Source: a virus
Lineage: Duplodnaviria; Caudoviricetes
Length of the DNA stretch: 58,403 nt
Strand: one strand, 5' to 3'
IMG/VR virus record: IMGVR_UViG_3300048598_000026
Location: 1-58,403 of that record
Both the position numbers and the translations under genes were made by a program. The notes beneath the pieces are model-generated. The model worked only from the letters and a program-made list of their open reading frames with translations. It made no database searches and was not told where the DNA came from. Below are positions 9,651 through 21,193 of the stretch, piece by piece (position 1 is the stretch's first letter; the number at the start of each line of letters is the position of its first letter).

Positions 9651-9956
9651 ATGCAACTCACAAAAGAACAACACGATATCCTTATAGATTGGGTCAGCCA
9701 AAACCTTAAACCAACCAAATCCATCAACAGAAATGTCGACACATCACATATCAGGCATACATTCGTAAAGCTTTACGATAAGGGTTTTTATATCGATAAT
9801 GATACTCTCAACAATGTGATGCTCGAATGCGGATATCGCGCTGCAAATTTTGCGTCTGACCCATACTTGCAATTCAACGTGTCACAGGAATCTCAAGCGA
9901 TTCGTATATACTTCTCCAATCTCGGAGCTCCTTCAAAGGTTCAGAAGTGTGAATAG
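9651..9956 (+). CDS. Hypothetical protein, opposite-strand moron
   Basis: GGAGGTG RBS and TG-n-TACAAT extended -10 at 9616-9624. Confidence 0.6.
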   Translation: MQLTKEQHDILIDWVSQNLKPTKSINRNVDTSHIRHTFVKLYDKGFYIDNDTLNNVMLECGYRAANFASDPYLQFNVSQESQAIRIYFSNLGAPSKVQKCE

Positions 9957-10188
9957 CTGTAGTCATATGCTCCTCAAGAACATAGGGATAACCAATAGTC
10001 CTTAATATATCCCAAAGAAGAGTCTTACCGGAACACTCAGGACCGGATATGATAATCCATTTGTCGGACCGTATTGCCCGAAACAGTTTTCTGGCTTCTT
10101 CTTTTCCTAACAGGTTTACAATGTATTCTCTTACCTTTTTAGGGCATTTTTTATATTTATAGTTAAAAGCTTCTATCGGCCATTTCAT
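9874..10188 (-). CDS. Small protein with a P-loop-like motif
   Basis: IIISGPECSGKT; AAGGAG RBS. Confidence 0.55.
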   Translation of the reverse strand: MKWPIEAFNYKYKKCPKKVREYIVNLLGKEEARKLFRAIRSDKWIIISGPECSGKTLLWDILRTIGYPYVLEEHMTTAIHTSEPLKELRDWRSIYESLEIPVTR

Positions 10189-10223
10189 CGTTATTCTCCT
10201 TTATTTGTTAAAATAAAAAGAAA

Positions 10224-10242
10224 GAGTCCTTGTTCTGGACTC
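10224..10242 (-). terminator. Intrinsic terminator, GAGTCC-loop-GGACTC family
   Basis: 6-bp stem followed by a T-run on the minus strand. Confidence 0.7.
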
Positions 10243-10438
10243 AATTTCTTTTACCATTATTAAATTTGGATTTAATCTTTTCTATTATTTTCTTTTGATT
10301 ACTTAAAACAAGTCTTCCTCCGATAAGAGCTGCATAAATTGCTATGTTCAATATAATAACTTCTTTCCCGTGCATTTTATAAAATTCTTTTTTCGGTTCA
10401 ACCACCATTGTTTTATAATCCTGAAACATTTTTTTCAT
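10241..10438 (-). CDS. Small membrane protein
   Basis: One hydrophobic helix; GAGGA RBS; lies between motif copy 3 and a terminator. Confidence 0.6.
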   Translation of the reverse strand: MKKMFQDYKTMVVEPKKEFYKMHGKEVIILNIAIYAALIGGRLVLSNQKKIIEKIKSKFNNGKRN

Positions 10439-10467
10439 TTTTATTTCCTCCTTTAAATATTGGTTTC

Positions 10468-10492
10468 CATAATAGGAGGTGTAAATTTCGCG
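10468..10492 (-). promoter_or_regulatory. 25-bp motif, copy 3
   Basis: CGCGAAATTTACACCTCCTATTATG. Confidence 0.7.
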
Positions 10493-10548
10493 TAAAAAAC
10501 CACATTCAGAAAGAAGAGTATCTTTTATGTTTATTTTTCTTTTCAATA

Positions 10549-11799
10549 TCACGCTGCTTGCTTCAAACCCCGAGAGCGGTTTACATACTTGGTCTCGTTA
10601 AAGTTCTTTTTATCTTTTAGAGACCGGCTTATAGCTAAATCAATTCCAGACCGAGTTTTCAAGTGGTAATAATACAAATCCGTGTAAGGCGTATTAAGTC
10701 TGTCAATTCGCCCAGCAGACTGCTGCATTATCTTGTAGGAATAGCTTTGGGAATAAAAAACAATTGTATCAGTCTTAATACAGTTCCATCCTTCACAACC
10801 AGCTGTATATTGCACGAGATATACCCATCTATCGCTATTTGGTATAGGTTGATGCTTATGACCGTTCCATTCAGCAACCTCCACGCCATCTCCATAATCC
10901 AAATTCTTAAGCAACTCGAGCTCATAGTCGAAGTTATAGAATATGATCATCCGTGGATGCTTTTCGAAAATCTCCAACAAAGCGATTTGTCTGGATACGT
11001 CCGTATTAACAATTTTTCGCAAGAGATAACAAAGACCTGCAGCATTCACTACGGGTTCGTTTTTGTATAGATCCCAGCGCGTCCTTGAAACATCCTTATA
11101 CTTTGAAATATCATACTTTACATAAACGTTTTCATGATGAGATACAGTCTGTCGCTTGAAGTCCATTTCGATTAATATACGGCTACGCAGCCTAATTAAT
11201 CGACCAGTGTTAAGATAACGGTCGACCAGGGGAAACCGGCTGAATCGACTATATACAATATGTTCTCTTGTGAACTCAGTTCGATTCTTGTAGAAGCCGT
11301 TCGCAATGAAAACTGGAATATAATCCTGCCAAGTGTCACCAGGAGTTGCAGATAACATAATCCAATAGTTCACTTTAGTTATTTTAAGGAAAGATTTTAC
11401 CCAGGCTCCGCTCCCAATTACCCGCTGCTCATCAAATATAAAGAAAGCATCGGTGACTTCAACATATTTTCCAATGTTGTTCCAGCTATCAACAATCACC
11501 TTTTGATCATGATAGAGATTGATTTCCGAATGAGTAGAAAGAAGGAAGGGCGAAAGTTCACCCTCCCATTCCAACGTATCTCTTTTTCTTGCAGTTGTGA
11601 TGATGTATAAGTCCTTAGGAGGATCGTCCATCTGAATATAATTACCCCCAATCAAGCTGTTTGGGTCTCCGCCATTTTGGAGATAGTAGTAGGACAGGGC
11701 AGTTAAACTTTTTCCAGAACCAACTCCGCCATAAAGAATACACCCGTTTTTCATTTGTTTCACAGCTTCAATTTGGTAATCAAATAATGTAACGGACAT
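10549..11799 (-). CDS. SF2 (SNF2/DEAD-like) helicase
   Basis: GVGSGKS, FIFDEQ, LSATP, EGWN, QSAGRIDR motifs. Confidence 0.85.
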   Translation of the reverse strand: MSVTLFDYQIEAVKQMKNGCILYGGVGSGKSLTALSYYYLQNGGDPNSLIGGNYIQMDDPPKDLYIITTARKRDTLEWEGELSPFLLSTHSEINLYHDQKVIVDSWNNIGKYVEVTDAFFIFDEQRVIGSGAWVKSFLKITKVNYWIMLSATPGDTWQDYIPVFIANGFYKNRTEFTREHIVYSRFSRFPLVDRYLNTGRLIRLRSRILIEMDFKRQTVSHHENVYVKYDISKYKDVSRTRWDLYKNEPVVNAAGLCYLLRKIVNTDVSRQIALLEIFEKHPRMIIFYNFDYELELLKNLDYGDGVEVAEWNGHKHQPIPNSDRWVYLVQYTAGCEGWNCIKTDTIVFYSQSYSYKIMQQSAGRIDRLNTPYTDLYYYHLKTRSGIDLAISRSLKDKKNFNETKYVNRSRGLKQAA

Positions 11800-11832
11800 T
11801 CATTAACCTCCTTTCATTTCCTCATATAGAAC

Positions 11833-12561
11833 TTAAAGTTTTCCTCCATGGAAAATTCGTCTCATGGTCCATACATTAGAAAAATACATGGGTGTAAACC
11901 AGTAATTTTCCGATGTATCAGTGGGGCTCATGGGCTCAGTTAATGTGTTTCCTATCTTAACATAACCGGCCATTCCAAGAAGTGAAAGCTGAATATAACA
12001 CATAAGTGCGGTCGTGTAATCAACATCCTGTGCGGTAATGAGAATATGATTTTGGAAATTGAGGTCAGCTTTTCCTAGTTGTCTTCTAGCCTCATGCACA
12101 GTAGCAATCAGAGTTGCCCCAGCTCCGCAGCAAGGATCATTAATTCTGATGTAGCCTTTTTCTTTGATTTGTGGAACAATATCACTCAATGTGGTTGCCG
12201 CCATAAGCTGACAAACATGATAAGGAGTGAAGAACTGTCCACCTGCTTCGTTGCCGAGATTGAGACTCATAAATATCTTTCCTAAAAAGTCTTGTTCGGG
12301 GTTGCGCTCCAATGTCATAACGGTATCAGCGGCGAGTTTAGGAAACAATTCCAACTCCCTAGGGCTATATTTCTTATTACAAATAATTTGCATATAAGAC
12401 ACTTCGCGTACGTTGAAATTAACCTTATCTAAAGGATTTGATAGAGCACATGCAAACATAGTAATGAAGTCCTTCCAAACTTCCCATGGTCTTGATCTGA
12501 TGGAGAGTTGTCTAAACGTATCCATAAACTCTTTTTCCGGGTTGTAGGATTTAGAATCCAT
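11833..12561 (-). CDS. N6-adenine methyltransferase-like (HsdM-type N-terminal part)
   Basis: GQFFTPYHV and NDPCCGAGA SAM-binding motif; no NPPY/F catalytic motif visible. Confidence 0.65.
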   Translation of the reverse strand: MDSKSYNPEKEFMDTFRQLSIRSRPWEVWKDFITMFACALSNPLDKVNFNVREVSYMQIICNKKYSPRELELFPKLAADTVMTLERNPEQDFLGKIFMSLNLGNEAGGQFFTPYHVCQLMAATTLSDIVPQIKEKGYIRINDPCCGAGATLIATVHEARRQLGKADLNFQNHILITAQDVDYTTALMCYIQLSLLGMAGYVKIGNTLTEPMSPTDTSENYWFTPMYFSNVWTMRRIFHGGKL

Positions 12562-12631
12562 ATGTTCCCCTTTCAAGGTAAAATATAAAGAGCCCCAGTC
12601 ATTACAACCTAGGCTCTTAACCGGTCTCATC

Positions 12632-13468
12632 TTAAAATGGAACTTTTTCAGGCCCTTCCTCGCTGGCATACTTAGCCGCAAACTCATCCTCTTCAATGGT
12701 AATATACATAGTCTTTAAGTACGCCTTAATGCCGGTCTTACCATTTACCTCCCACTTAGAAGGATTAATGGTCAAATCTACATTTCGGATTTCAGCAAAA
12801 TCAAGAACGTTAATAGATTCCTCATCGAGCTGTGTTTTGGCTCTTCTGGTGATCATAAATACCCTAGGAGGAACATTATCAAATCTCACGGCAACCTGAA
12901 TATAGTGCCTTGCTTCATCATCTTCGTCACGAGGAGCTAAAATTTTAACATTCCAGCCATCCTCAGCCAATCGATGGGCCTGTTCCGGGTTGTCGATGAT
13001 TACGCAGAAATTGCGGTCGCCCGCTCTGTTAAACTTCGACTCGGCCCCTGAGAAGTTTCGGAAGACAATACGAGCATTTTCAATAATCAAAGAATTACCC
13101 CTATCAGAAATAACACGATTTAATCTCAGCTCACCTCTGCGCATTTGGTGTAGCAGTTTTTTAATTTCAAGCTTAAAGCTCTTTGCTAGAGGTTTTCGAG
13201 ATTGCATAAGCAGCTCATATAATCCGTTTTCCGTCAAAAACCAAACCTCACGTTTCTGACCTGCCCGATATATTGTATCGGTCAGCTTTTCGTCATCGTC
13301 GACCAATTCCAACATCTGGTGTGTTTTATCAACCGAATACTCAATCATTTCGGCTACATCAACCGCCAAAAATAATGGACTATTAATGGTTCCATACATA
13401 TTGAATTTGGTATTCAATACTACTATGGACTCCACATTTGCCACGTCTTTTTCATCTACTTTTTTCAT
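12632..13468 (-). CDS. BRO-N domain fused to a putative ssDNA-binding protein
   Basis: N-half [14 protein letters not shown]...[23 protein letters not shown]; C-half [14 protein letters not shown]...[16 protein letters not shown] with acidic tail ending in PF. Confidence 0.65.
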   Translation of the reverse strand: MKKVDEKDVANVESIVVLNTKFNMYGTINSPLFLAVDVAEMIEYSVDKTHQMLELVDDDEKLTDTIYRAGQKREVWFLTENGLYELLMQSRKPLAKSFKLEIKKLLHQMRRGELRLNRVISDRGNSLIIENARIVFRNFSGAESKFNRAGDRNFCVIIDNPEQAHRLAEDGWNVKILAPRDEDDEARHYIQVAVRFDNVPPRVFMITRRAKTQLDEESINVLDFAEIRNVDLTINPSKWEVNGKTGIKAYLKTMYITIEEDEFAAKYASEEGPEKVPF

Positions 13469-13482
13469 AGTGATTTCTCCTT

Positions 13483-16400
13483 TCAAAATGGCATACATTC
13501 ATAGCCTGCATCACACATTAGCTTTTCATCAACTACCCAAGTTTTTTCCCAATGTACACACCCTTGGCAGTCAAATTTACCACATGGCATGTTCCAAGAA
13601 AAGTTTTTAGAAATATAGGGTTCGTCCGAAACAAACCATTCAAAATCGCCATATTTTGAGATGGACTTAACTGCCTCATCAACCATCTTGTCATAGTAAG
13701 ATCGATCAATATCGGACTCTTTTTCAAGCTTACGAACCATTGAGGATTCCAACCATCTATAACCTTTGGATCCAGTAGCTGAAGCATAACTTTTTTCTCC
13801 GGTTTTTTTATTGGTAGTTTCCCGAAGAAGGATTCCGCCGCCAGCACCTTCTTTCATTGGACAAAACTGACCGACCTTTCCGATGAAACGATAGTTGTGG
13901 CCCTTTTCAATAAGTTCTCTCAATTCAACAAGTCGAGCTTCCATTGAATTTACTTCTGAATCAGAAAGTTGTTCGGTAGATATTAATCTCTCCCAAATAT
14001 CATCTCTTTCTTTTTCATATGTCGAAACATCAGGAAGACTTTCGTTCATATCCAAATATAAAGCTGAGGTTACAGCTTTAGTCTCACACATGTTCTCAAA
14101 TATAATTTTCTCTCTACTGAATAGTTTCTTGAACACGTATGGAATTTGGAATTGGGTCCCGGTTGCCGTCCATTCTCCAGCATGTTTACCATCTTTGTAC
14201 TTGGCAATATAAACCGCATCATTAACTAAGCAAAATCTATCATAGGTAGCCTCGTGTTCAAAGGTATAGCCGTACTGCTTGCCGTAATCAGTAACAAACT
14301 GGATAATTTCCGGAGTAGCATCTGGGATCTTAATAGAATCTGTCTTAACATGAGCAACAATAAAGCCCCGTTTCTGCACCTCGTGTTTGAGGTTGATCAT
14401 GAACAGGGCTCCACGTTTTGCTACTATATTGTCTTTGTTGCGATTATCACGGAAAGGATTATCAAAGCTCGCCGATGTTAGACCGTATACGGAGTTGATT
14501 GCAATCTTTAAAGCCGTAGCCAAATCCGACGCAGCATTCTCATCAGTTAAGTATTTAGCCAATGCACCACCCAACATTTTTCGGGCTTTGTCAAAGTCTT
14601 TATGTTTGATTGCCATACGAGCATCCAGAATATCCTTGAATCGCTGCGTGTATTCCTCTCCGAAAAGTTTCTCAGCGACAATACTGCTTGGATGCATTGA
14701 AGCAACGTCTAAGAGTGCGACATTGCCGTACATACCAGGCTCAGAATATACGTAACCACCTTCGCCAACTTCTTCTCCGCGATAGGTTGACTTGCCGTTT
14801 TCAAATTTATATCCGGGAAATATCGGTTTATCTCCTTCAAATACAGTAAATTCCGGGTCGCAATCAAGCTCACCACGATACACCCAGTCGTGTTTCGGCT
14901 TTGACCCCATGTCACGGTAGTTAAACTGATCATGGGGCTTTCTGTTGCTTCCAAATATGATTTTAGTGGTCAAAGTATTCGTGGTGTCATTGACCGCCAT
15001 ACCGGCGACATCAGCCAGGATTTGTCTTGCTAAGAAGTCAGACTTTCGAGCATTGAATGTTGCCTCAGTTGCTATGACGTCGTTGTCACAATACTCTGCG
15101 ACTTTAGTCCAAAGCTCTTCAGGCACAGGCTGATCCCACGGTATTCCAAGCTCCTGATGGTGAATGCCAAGTTCGATTTCAAACTTTTTTAAAGACTGTT
15201 TTTTACTGGAGAAATCGTAGACGTCAGTATAAGAGACATTATAAGCTTCTCCAAAAAAACAATTTGGACTGCCATCGATAATTTTCATAGACAGCTTATA
15301 TAACTGTTCATTGTCATATCCCATCAATCTTGCGTAGAGAATATGATTATCATATCGACGACAATTAAAACCGACCAATCTAAATCTCATAAGATCTTCA
15401 ATTTCGGTCGGAGAAGGATTAATCATCCGTACCACAGGTTTCCCTTCGCCTTCAATTTTCCAATTGCAAAGGAAGAGATTAGGGAAGACCTCCACGTCAT
15501 AGAAAACCAACTTAGCATCTTCGTTTTTTCCTCCAGTGGATGGGTCTGCTGACTTAAACTGCATCTTGTTTACCAACTTGATACAATAGTCGGCCTGATG
15601 AGTGCTGCTTGCTGCAAAAGCTAATACCGCATTTCGCATATCGGTGATATCGTATTTCAAATCGCTGCTGAATGCATCCTCTAATATTTTGTAAATGAAA
15701 TCGATACTGGGCTTAGTCGCTGGGTGTATCTCTTTGTTGAGATTTCGTTTGATTTGTGTTCTAAGCCCTTTCTCGCTTTTCACTCCTTCAAAATTTACCA
15801 TTTTATTTTCTCCTTTCAGTGGTAAACCAGAGCTGATTGTCGAGATAGGTAGGTCGTTACATTTTGACAATTTTCGTCTTAATGAACTTCTACCTGTGAA
15901 CACCTTAATTTCTACGTAGTCATCATAGACCCGGCTCAACCTATAAACGTCTCCATTATAAATATAATGCAGGTGAATACCCGCACCACTCTTACTAAGC
16001 TCCGCATATGTAGGCGGCCATTTGCTTGCTTCTTCGAGGTTCTTTTCAAAAGACTTATTGCCTTTATCGTCCGTAATATCGAAGTCAATGACAATGTGGT
16101 TTTCTGGAACTCTAACGTAATGAACCCTAGATGTATTTAGCTCGGATAATTTTATTGTTACGTCGTCCCATTTTTCAAAGGGGGTTTCGTTCGATGTGGC
16201 GTACTGAGCAAAACAATCAGCACATTCCGTATCAAATATAGATTTTGTGCTTGTGAACTTAATTGTCGGAGCCTTTGTTTGATCCTCTTTATCATCAGAG
16301 GATCTTTCTTCAAATTTTTCCGTTCTAAATCCACCGTAGTAACTGCGAACCCTGGATCCATCTTCATTATTGAATCGTTCTTTGTAATCCCGGAAGTAAT

Positions 16401-17607
16401 TCTTAAGCTCCTCTTTAAAGATTCTTTGTGAATATGGGAATGTTACTTTTGCCTCATCGCAGTAAGTTTTATACATCTCCCAAGCGGCTTTAAGCGTAGT
16501 CCCATCTTCTTTTTTGAACACGTGATACGAGTCAATAACGAAATTGTAAAAATCATTTGATGCTCCAAGCATCGCCACTGGAATATAATCGTCATATTTA
16601 CCGGGATCACTCAAATATATTTCTTGGCAGTGATAAGCAATGGCCCCCAATTCAAATCCGACCTGCTTCACAATTGTTTTATACTCTCTCGGATTCAACT
16701 TATTACCAGAAGGGGATACATCAATCAGTCTTCGAATAAGACCCGACTTTGCATCTGTAATTTTTACCGGTTTATTGGTCCCTAAGAACAGAAAACACTT
16801 GAACCGATTGGCATAGGTAGACTTGAATTTCTCATTTACTGTCATAAGCTCATGGGAAACAAGACTGTTTAATCTTGTATTGTCCTCTATCCTAGAGAGA
16901 TCACCGTCGTGTTGGATTGCTACGAGCGGATTGGTTTTAAACGCTTCCAACGCAAAAGAGTTACTGGAAGAACCAAGAGCTCTCGCATCAAACACCGAAT
17001 AATATCCTTCGAATAACTGCTGGATGATGTTAAGTATTGTAGATTTACCGGTTCCGGTCGCGCCGTAGAGAACCATGAATTTTTGCAACCTCTTAGAATC
17101 TCCGGACACAATCGACCCGATTGCCCACTCAATTTTATGTCGTTCTTCCTCCACGTATAGAGTGGATATCAGCTTGTCATAAGCAGACAAATCGCCAGCT
17201 TCAAGCGGATAACCCAGCTTTTTACTGGCGTAATCTTTTTTATTGGTTTTATAGTTGGAAAATATAAGTTTTTCATCCAACATGTAAAAGTTATCTCTCA
17301 TCTGCTTTTGACAATATTTATGCCAAGAGTCAATCATTCCAGACTCAGCGTCCCACATATACAGAACTTTAATAGAAGAGTCAAACTTCTGGCGGTTTTC
17401 TTCCACATATCTATCCAATTCACGATCTATCAACTGTAAAGCGTCATGCTCATCCGTAGACCACAAACCGCGCTCTTCAATCCAGATAGCGTAAAAATCA
17501 CCGCCTCGAATCATAAGATCTGTACTCTTTTTTATGACGAACTTTGGGTAGATTTCTATAACACCACGCTTTGTACTACGTGTTGAAATCATTAAAAAAT
17601 CAATCAT
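13483..17607 (-). CDS. SF3 helicase - Prim-Pol primase - family B DNA polymerase fusion
   Basis: GATGTGKST Walker A; VIDFD and [11 protein letters not shown] primase motifs; exonuclease [18 protein letters not shown]; polymerase [21 protein letters not shown]. Confidence 0.85.
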   Translation of the reverse strand: MIDFLMISTRSTKRGVIEIYPKFVIKKSTDLMIRGGDFYAIWIEERGLWSTDEHDALQLIDRELDRYVEENRQKFDSSIKVLYMWDAESGMIDSWHKYCQKQMRDNFYMLDEKLIFSNYKTNKKDYASKKLGYPLEAGDLSAYDKLISTLYVEEERHKIEWAIGSIVSGDSKRLQKFMVLYGATGTGKSTILNIIQQLFEGYYSVFDARALGSSSNSFALEAFKTNPLVAIQHDGDLSRIEDNTRLNSLVSHELMTVNEKFKSTYANRFKCFLFLGTNKPVKITDAKSGLIRRLIDVSPSGNKLNPREYKTIVKQVGFELGAIAYHCQEIYLSDPGKYDDYIPVAMLGASNDFYNFVIDSYHVFKKEDGTTLKAAWEMYKTYCDEAKVTFPYSQRIFKEELKNYFRDYKERFNNEDGSRVRSYYGGFRTEKFEERSSDDKEDQTKAPTIKFTSTKSIFDTECADCFAQYATSNETPFEKWDDVTIKLSELNTSRVHYVRVPENHIVIDFDITDDKGNKSFEKNLEEASKWPPTYAELSKSGAGIHLHYIYNGDVYRLSRVYDDYVEIKVFTGRSSLRRKLSKCNDLPISTISSGLPLKGENKMVNFEGVKSEKGLRTQIKRNLNKEIHPATKPSIDFIYKILEDAFSSDLKYDITDMRNAVLAFAASSTHQADYCIKLVNKMQFKSADPSTGGKNEDAKLVFYDVEVFPNLFLCNWKIEGEGKPVVRMINPSPTEIEDLMRFRLVGFNCRRYDNHILYARLMGYDNEQLYKLSMKIIDGSPNCFFGEAYNVSYTDVYDFSSKKQSLKKFEIELGIHHQELGIPWDQPVPEELWTKVAEYCDNDVIATEATFNARKSDFLARQILADVAGMAVNDTTNTLTTKIIFGSNRKPHDQFNYRDMGSKPKHDWVYRGELDCDPEFTVFEGDKPIFPGYKFENGKSTYRGEEVGEGGYVYSEPGMYGNVALLDVASMHPSSIVAEKLFGEEYTQRFKDILDARMAIKHKDFDKARKMLGGALAKYLTDENAASDLATALKIAINSVYGLTSASFDNPFRDNRNKDNIVAKRGALFMINLKHEVQKRGFIVAHVKTDSIKIPDATPEIIQFVTDYGKQYGYTFEHEATYDRFCLVNDAVYIAKYKDGKHAGEWTATGTQFQIPYVFKKLFSREKIIFENMCETKAVTSALYLDMNESLPDVSTYEKERDDIWERLISTEQLSDSEVNSMEARLVELRELIEKGHNYRFIGKVGQFCPMKEGAGGGILLRETTNKKTGEKSYASATGSKGYRWLESSMVRKLEKESDIDRSYYDKMVDEAVKSISKYGDFEWFVSDEPYISKNFSWNMPCGKFDCQGCVHWEKTWVVDEKLMCDAGYECMPF

Positions 17608-17688
17608 TTCATTTTTTTAACCTCCTTCCTGAGCATTACAGATCTTATATTTCTTTGAAATGATATCCTCGTGAGTCATCTATTCCTA

Positions 17689-18243
17689 CTAAGATGCTAG
17701 GATGTCGTCCAAGTGCCAACACATCTGGTACCAAATCTCAACGGTTCGTAAATCATGTTTACAATGTTCCACAGTAAACAAACCACCCTCACCATTTCGT
17801 TTATATTCTCGGTTCATAAATCTTGAAACAACACCATCTATATAAGCCTTGTCGAATTTTGTGTCATTCATAGAACCCAAACCAAGATTTACAATCATAT
17901 TCCAGAACCATTGGTCTGTTCGATTACCCACATCGGGATCGTCCATAATATTTTCTTCACAACGAATAGCAAGGGCAATTAACATTTCTAAAACACTGCA
18001 AGACTTGTCATCCAAATATGTTGCAATCATAGGACTTTCGTACTTACGCTCATATCCAAATCGATATCTGAGGTCTATCCCATCTTCTGCTCTGTTACCA
18101 TCCATTTCAATACTATAGATAAACTCTATATTATGTAGATGGCTCAAAAGCTTTCGATAGGATAGCCTCTTAGAATATTTTTCATTGCATACGAGCTGGT
18201 ACATCCATTTAAAGTATTCATTGTTCAGCTCGTTTTTCGTCAT
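17689..18243 (-). CDS. Phage hypothetical protein
   Basis: 184-aa ORF in operon. Confidence 0.7.
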   Translation of the reverse strand: MTKNELNNEYFKWMYQLVCNEKYSKRLSYRKLLSHLHNIEFIYSIEMDGNRAEDGIDLRYRFGYERKYESPMIATYLDDKSCSVLEMLIALAIRCEENIMDDPDVGNRTDQWFWNMIVNLGLGSMNDTKFDKAYIDGVVSRFMNREYKRNGEGGLFTVEHCKHDLRTVEIWYQMCWHLDDILAS

Positions 18244-18852
18244 TTAGTCATTCACCCCGCGCGGCTTTCTTTTGATGATGTCCGAATACTTTCTCTGGTC
18301 AAGCAGGATTTCATAGTCACATTTCAGCCTGTCATTTCTGACAAATACTGAATCGTCCTCATACTCTCCAAAACTATTCAAAGAATCAAATCCGACAACG
18401 TTCTCAACATCATTTACCAATTCATCGTTGTCATCGGCCAGGACCTGATCGGCGTAATAAGTGAGACTAATTTTTTCATAATCATCAAACTCGCCAAACT
18501 CTTCCGGAGCGATAACATAAGGTTTGTCTACAGTCATAGGCTCCTTTTCCACCTCTTTTTCATTCTCAGGGCTAATATCCGAATAATTTGTATAGCCCTG
18601 TTTACGTAACCAAGCCGCGTATTCAACAACGTTTGGTTTTTCTTTTGTATAGTCAGCCTTTGTTCTTGTATCAATATCCTCACTTTCTTCGTTAAGGTCC
18701 GCTATTTCTCTCTTGAAGAATACTTTCTTCACCGAATCGATTTCGTCTTGAGCAATTTGCTCATATTTTTTCTCGACATAGTGCCAGGTAACTATCGAAC
18801 CGACGGCAGCACCCAGAACAAACATCATAAATTTTATTGTTTTACTCATCAT
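18244..18852 (-). CDS. Membrane-anchored acidic hypothetical protein
   Basis: N-terminal TM segment FVLGAAVGSIVTW. Confidence 0.7.
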   Translation of the reverse strand: MMSKTIKFMMFVLGAAVGSIVTWHYVEKKYEQIAQDEIDSVKKVFFKREIADLNEESEDIDTRTKADYTKEKPNVVEYAAWLRKQGYTNYSDISPENEKEVEKEPMTVDKPYVIAPEEFGEFDDYEKISLTYYADQVLADDNDELVNDVENVVGFDSLNSFGEYEDDSVFVRNDRLKCDYEILLDQRKYSDIIKRKPRGVND

Positions 18853-18974
18853 CGTTCTCCTCATTTTTTATTGTCATAACGGTTAAAGCCAACCCGCTAA
18901 AAAGTAAAATAAAAAAACTACCCTCAGACCAATTTAAAGATCAAAGGGCAGTCATCGTACTTTGATATGGGTTT

Positions 18975-19937
18975 TCACATCAGATCCAAAATGTTACCGT
19001 CTACGTTGAAGTCGAGAATGACTACTCGTTCGTATTTTTCTTTTCCGAATTTTTCACCCATCGCTTTATCCTTTCGGTAAGTTTCCTCATCCTTTCGGTA
19101 AGTTTCATAGATTCCAAAATCGACATAGTTGTCACCAAGGGGGTTTTCGGAATTATAGACCCAGCCAACAATTTGACCGGCTTTTGTTCTCGGAATCCCA
19201 AGAGTATCCAATACATCGTTCAGATACAGATATCCATTGACTCTCAATTTATCATTAGCATATTGCTGCTGGGCCAAAAGAAACATCCGATTATAGTCTC
19301 CATCTTTTTCCCAATAAGGATTGGACTCTTCAAAAAAGAAAGAATAATCGCTCAACGAGCCTTTTTCAACAACATTGATAGACTCTTTGACCTTCTTTTC
19401 TTTTCCGTCTTCGTCGACCACGACTTTTTCAATCTTTTTTGCTTTGATGTTATACTTCAGCTCACGGTCGACTTCTTCGCCAAAGCGCTCTACGACACGA
19501 TTACGGTATTCCTTGAATCCTTTATCAACCGCAGCATAGGCCGCCGCCAGTGCCACATTGCGTTTACGCAGAATATTGTTCGACGCCAGGATACTTCCGA
19601 GAGATAGAACACCGAGAGCTACTGACGGAGCATAAAGTTTCGCGAGCTTAAATCCGGTCTGAACATAAACGATCGCTAAATCCTTCTTGACGTCTTCAGG
19701 TGTATACTCTTCTGTTAGAGCTTCATTAGAAGCACAATCATGGATAGAATCAATATCTTCCTTGGACTTTTCAAGAATATCACTAACCTTAGTGGTAGCT
19801 TTACAAGCCATAACCGCACTTACTACGGTCCCAATTACACCAGCTACAACAAGGATTTCAGGGCTGTGTTTCTTAAGCCGAAAACCAATCTTGTTAAACG
19901 AACTGCTTACAGTCGTCATAAGTTCTGTTTTTTTCAT
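18975..19937 (-). CDS. DUF6353-like membrane protein, paralog 1
   Basis: KKHSPEILVVAGVIG...LYLNDVLDTLG...GWV...VDFG. Confidence 0.65.
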   Translation of the reverse strand: MKKTELMTTVSSSFNKIGFRLKKHSPEILVVAGVIGTVVSAVMACKATTKVSDILEKSKEDIDSIHDCASNEALTEEYTPEDVKKDLAIVYVQTGFKLAKLYAPSVALGVLSLGSILASNNILRKRNVALAAAYAAVDKGFKEYRNRVVERFGEEVDRELKYNIKAKKIEKVVVDEDGKEKKVKESINVVEKGSLSDYSFFFEESNPYWEKDGDYNRMFLLAQQQYANDKLRVNGYLYLNDVLDTLGIPRTKAGQIVGWVYNSENPLGDNYVDFGIYETYRKDEETYRKDKAMGEKFGKEKYERVVILDFNVDGNILDLM

Positions 19938-19939
19938 AA

Positions 19940-20215
19940 TTAGATATTCTCCTTTCTCGATGCAATTTCTGCGCCGCAAGCCGCATAACCGGCCAAATCT
20001 ACGAAGCTGTCATCAGTTGCCGTTCCGGTCTTAATTCGAGCAATCTTAAGTAATGCCATCATCATGGACACATCAGTTGCCGTAAACTCAACATTTTTAT
20101 ATGCCGACCACAAATCGGCTATTGACCGAAAATTATCTTCGGGGGAACCGTATTCTTTTTCTCGCTGGCCGCACACACATTGTTTGGCCTTATCCAAAGT
20201 TTCTGCTCTATTCAT
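19940..20215 (-). CDS. DUF6378-like protein
   Basis: REKEYGSPEDNF..IADLWSAY...LKIAR...DSFVDLAGYAACG. Confidence 0.7.
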   Translation of the reverse strand: MNRAETLDKAKQCVCGQREKEYGSPEDNFRSIADLWSAYKNVEFTATDVSMMMALLKIARIKTGTATDDSFVDLAGYAACGAEIASRKENI

Positions 20216-20260
20216 TTTATCTCTCCTCTGATGTTAAATATCCTTCAATATCGAATCTTC

Positions 20261-20842
20261 CTAGTTTAGAGGAAGAACCTTAGGCAGTTTAAGCATGTAG
20301 CCGTCTCGTACCCGAATTACAGATGCGCTCCGAATATCGGTCCACCCGTACTTATTGTCCGTATAATTGCCCGTAACCCCGACCAAATCATACAAATCTG
20401 CTACACTAACCAATCCGTAAGTAGAAATCAGTTCGTCCATTCTGGAAAGAACATCCTCAACTTCTCCGCGATTATCTAAGATAATGTCGTCGTAGCTGTA
20501 CCCTGTTCTAGGCCGGGAAGTATTATAATCTTTGTTCCTCTCATTCGATTTATCGTAATAGCTCCTATATGAGATTTTAGATGCCGTAGAATTTTTGCCT
20601 GGGCGGCCTTCTGGATAAAGAATGGCTTCTACTGTATCGGATAAAGCTCTTTTTATAAGCGGAACGATTACATCAAACAAAATATAAGATTTTACATTTG
20701 AAACATCTTCGGGAAGAAATAACCCCGCAAACTTCTGAATCTCGTTTTTCTTTTTGGATTTTACTGTTCCCGCGATCACCTTTTCCACTTTCTTTTCCGG
20801 CACAGATTTGGACTTATGGGAATTTGGCTTGTATTCAGCCAT
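20261..20842 (-). CDS. Phage hypothetical protein
   Basis: C-terminal VSVADLYDLVG...YGWTD; AAGGAG RBS. Confidence 0.7.
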   Translation of the reverse strand: MAEYKPNSHKSKSVPEKKVEKVIAGTVKSKKKNEIQKFAGLFLPEDVSNVKSYILFDVIVPLIKRALSDTVEAILYPEGRPGKNSTASKISYRSYYDKSNERNKDYNTSRPRTGYSYDDIILDNRGEVEDVLSRMDELISTYGLVSVADLYDLVGVTGNYTDNKYGWTDIRSASVIRVRDGYMLKLPKVLPLN

Positions 20843-20953
20843 CGTGTTTACTCCTTTCACTGAACTCTCCTTTCATAAAAAAAGGGAAAACACCTTGTTA
20901 AAGGCGCTCTCCCTCGTAAGAACTCGGTTTTCTATTTGCTGGATTTTGCTGAA

Positions 20954-21193
20954 TTACTCCTCAATCTCAGCATCTTCGAATTTATCAATTTCCTCGTCCA
21001 TCTTCTGCTGTTCCTTCTTGGCTTTAATTTTAGCCACCATCGGTTTGACTACATACTTGTAAGCTGCTACACCTCCAAGAACTGCCAATCCGATACCGAC
21101 TACTATCTTAAATACCTTCCCAGAACCCGCCGTTGCGATATCCTCAGTTACTTCGATAACCTCGCCATTTACCATGATTTCGTTAGTATTCAT
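20954..21193 (-). CDS. Small membrane protein
   Basis: One TM helix; downstream of motif copy 4. Confidence 0.65.
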   Translation of the reverse strand: MNTNEIMVNGEVIEVTEDIATAGSGKVFKIVVGIGLAVLGGVAAYKYVVKPMVAKIKAKKEQQKMDEEIDKFEDAEIEE

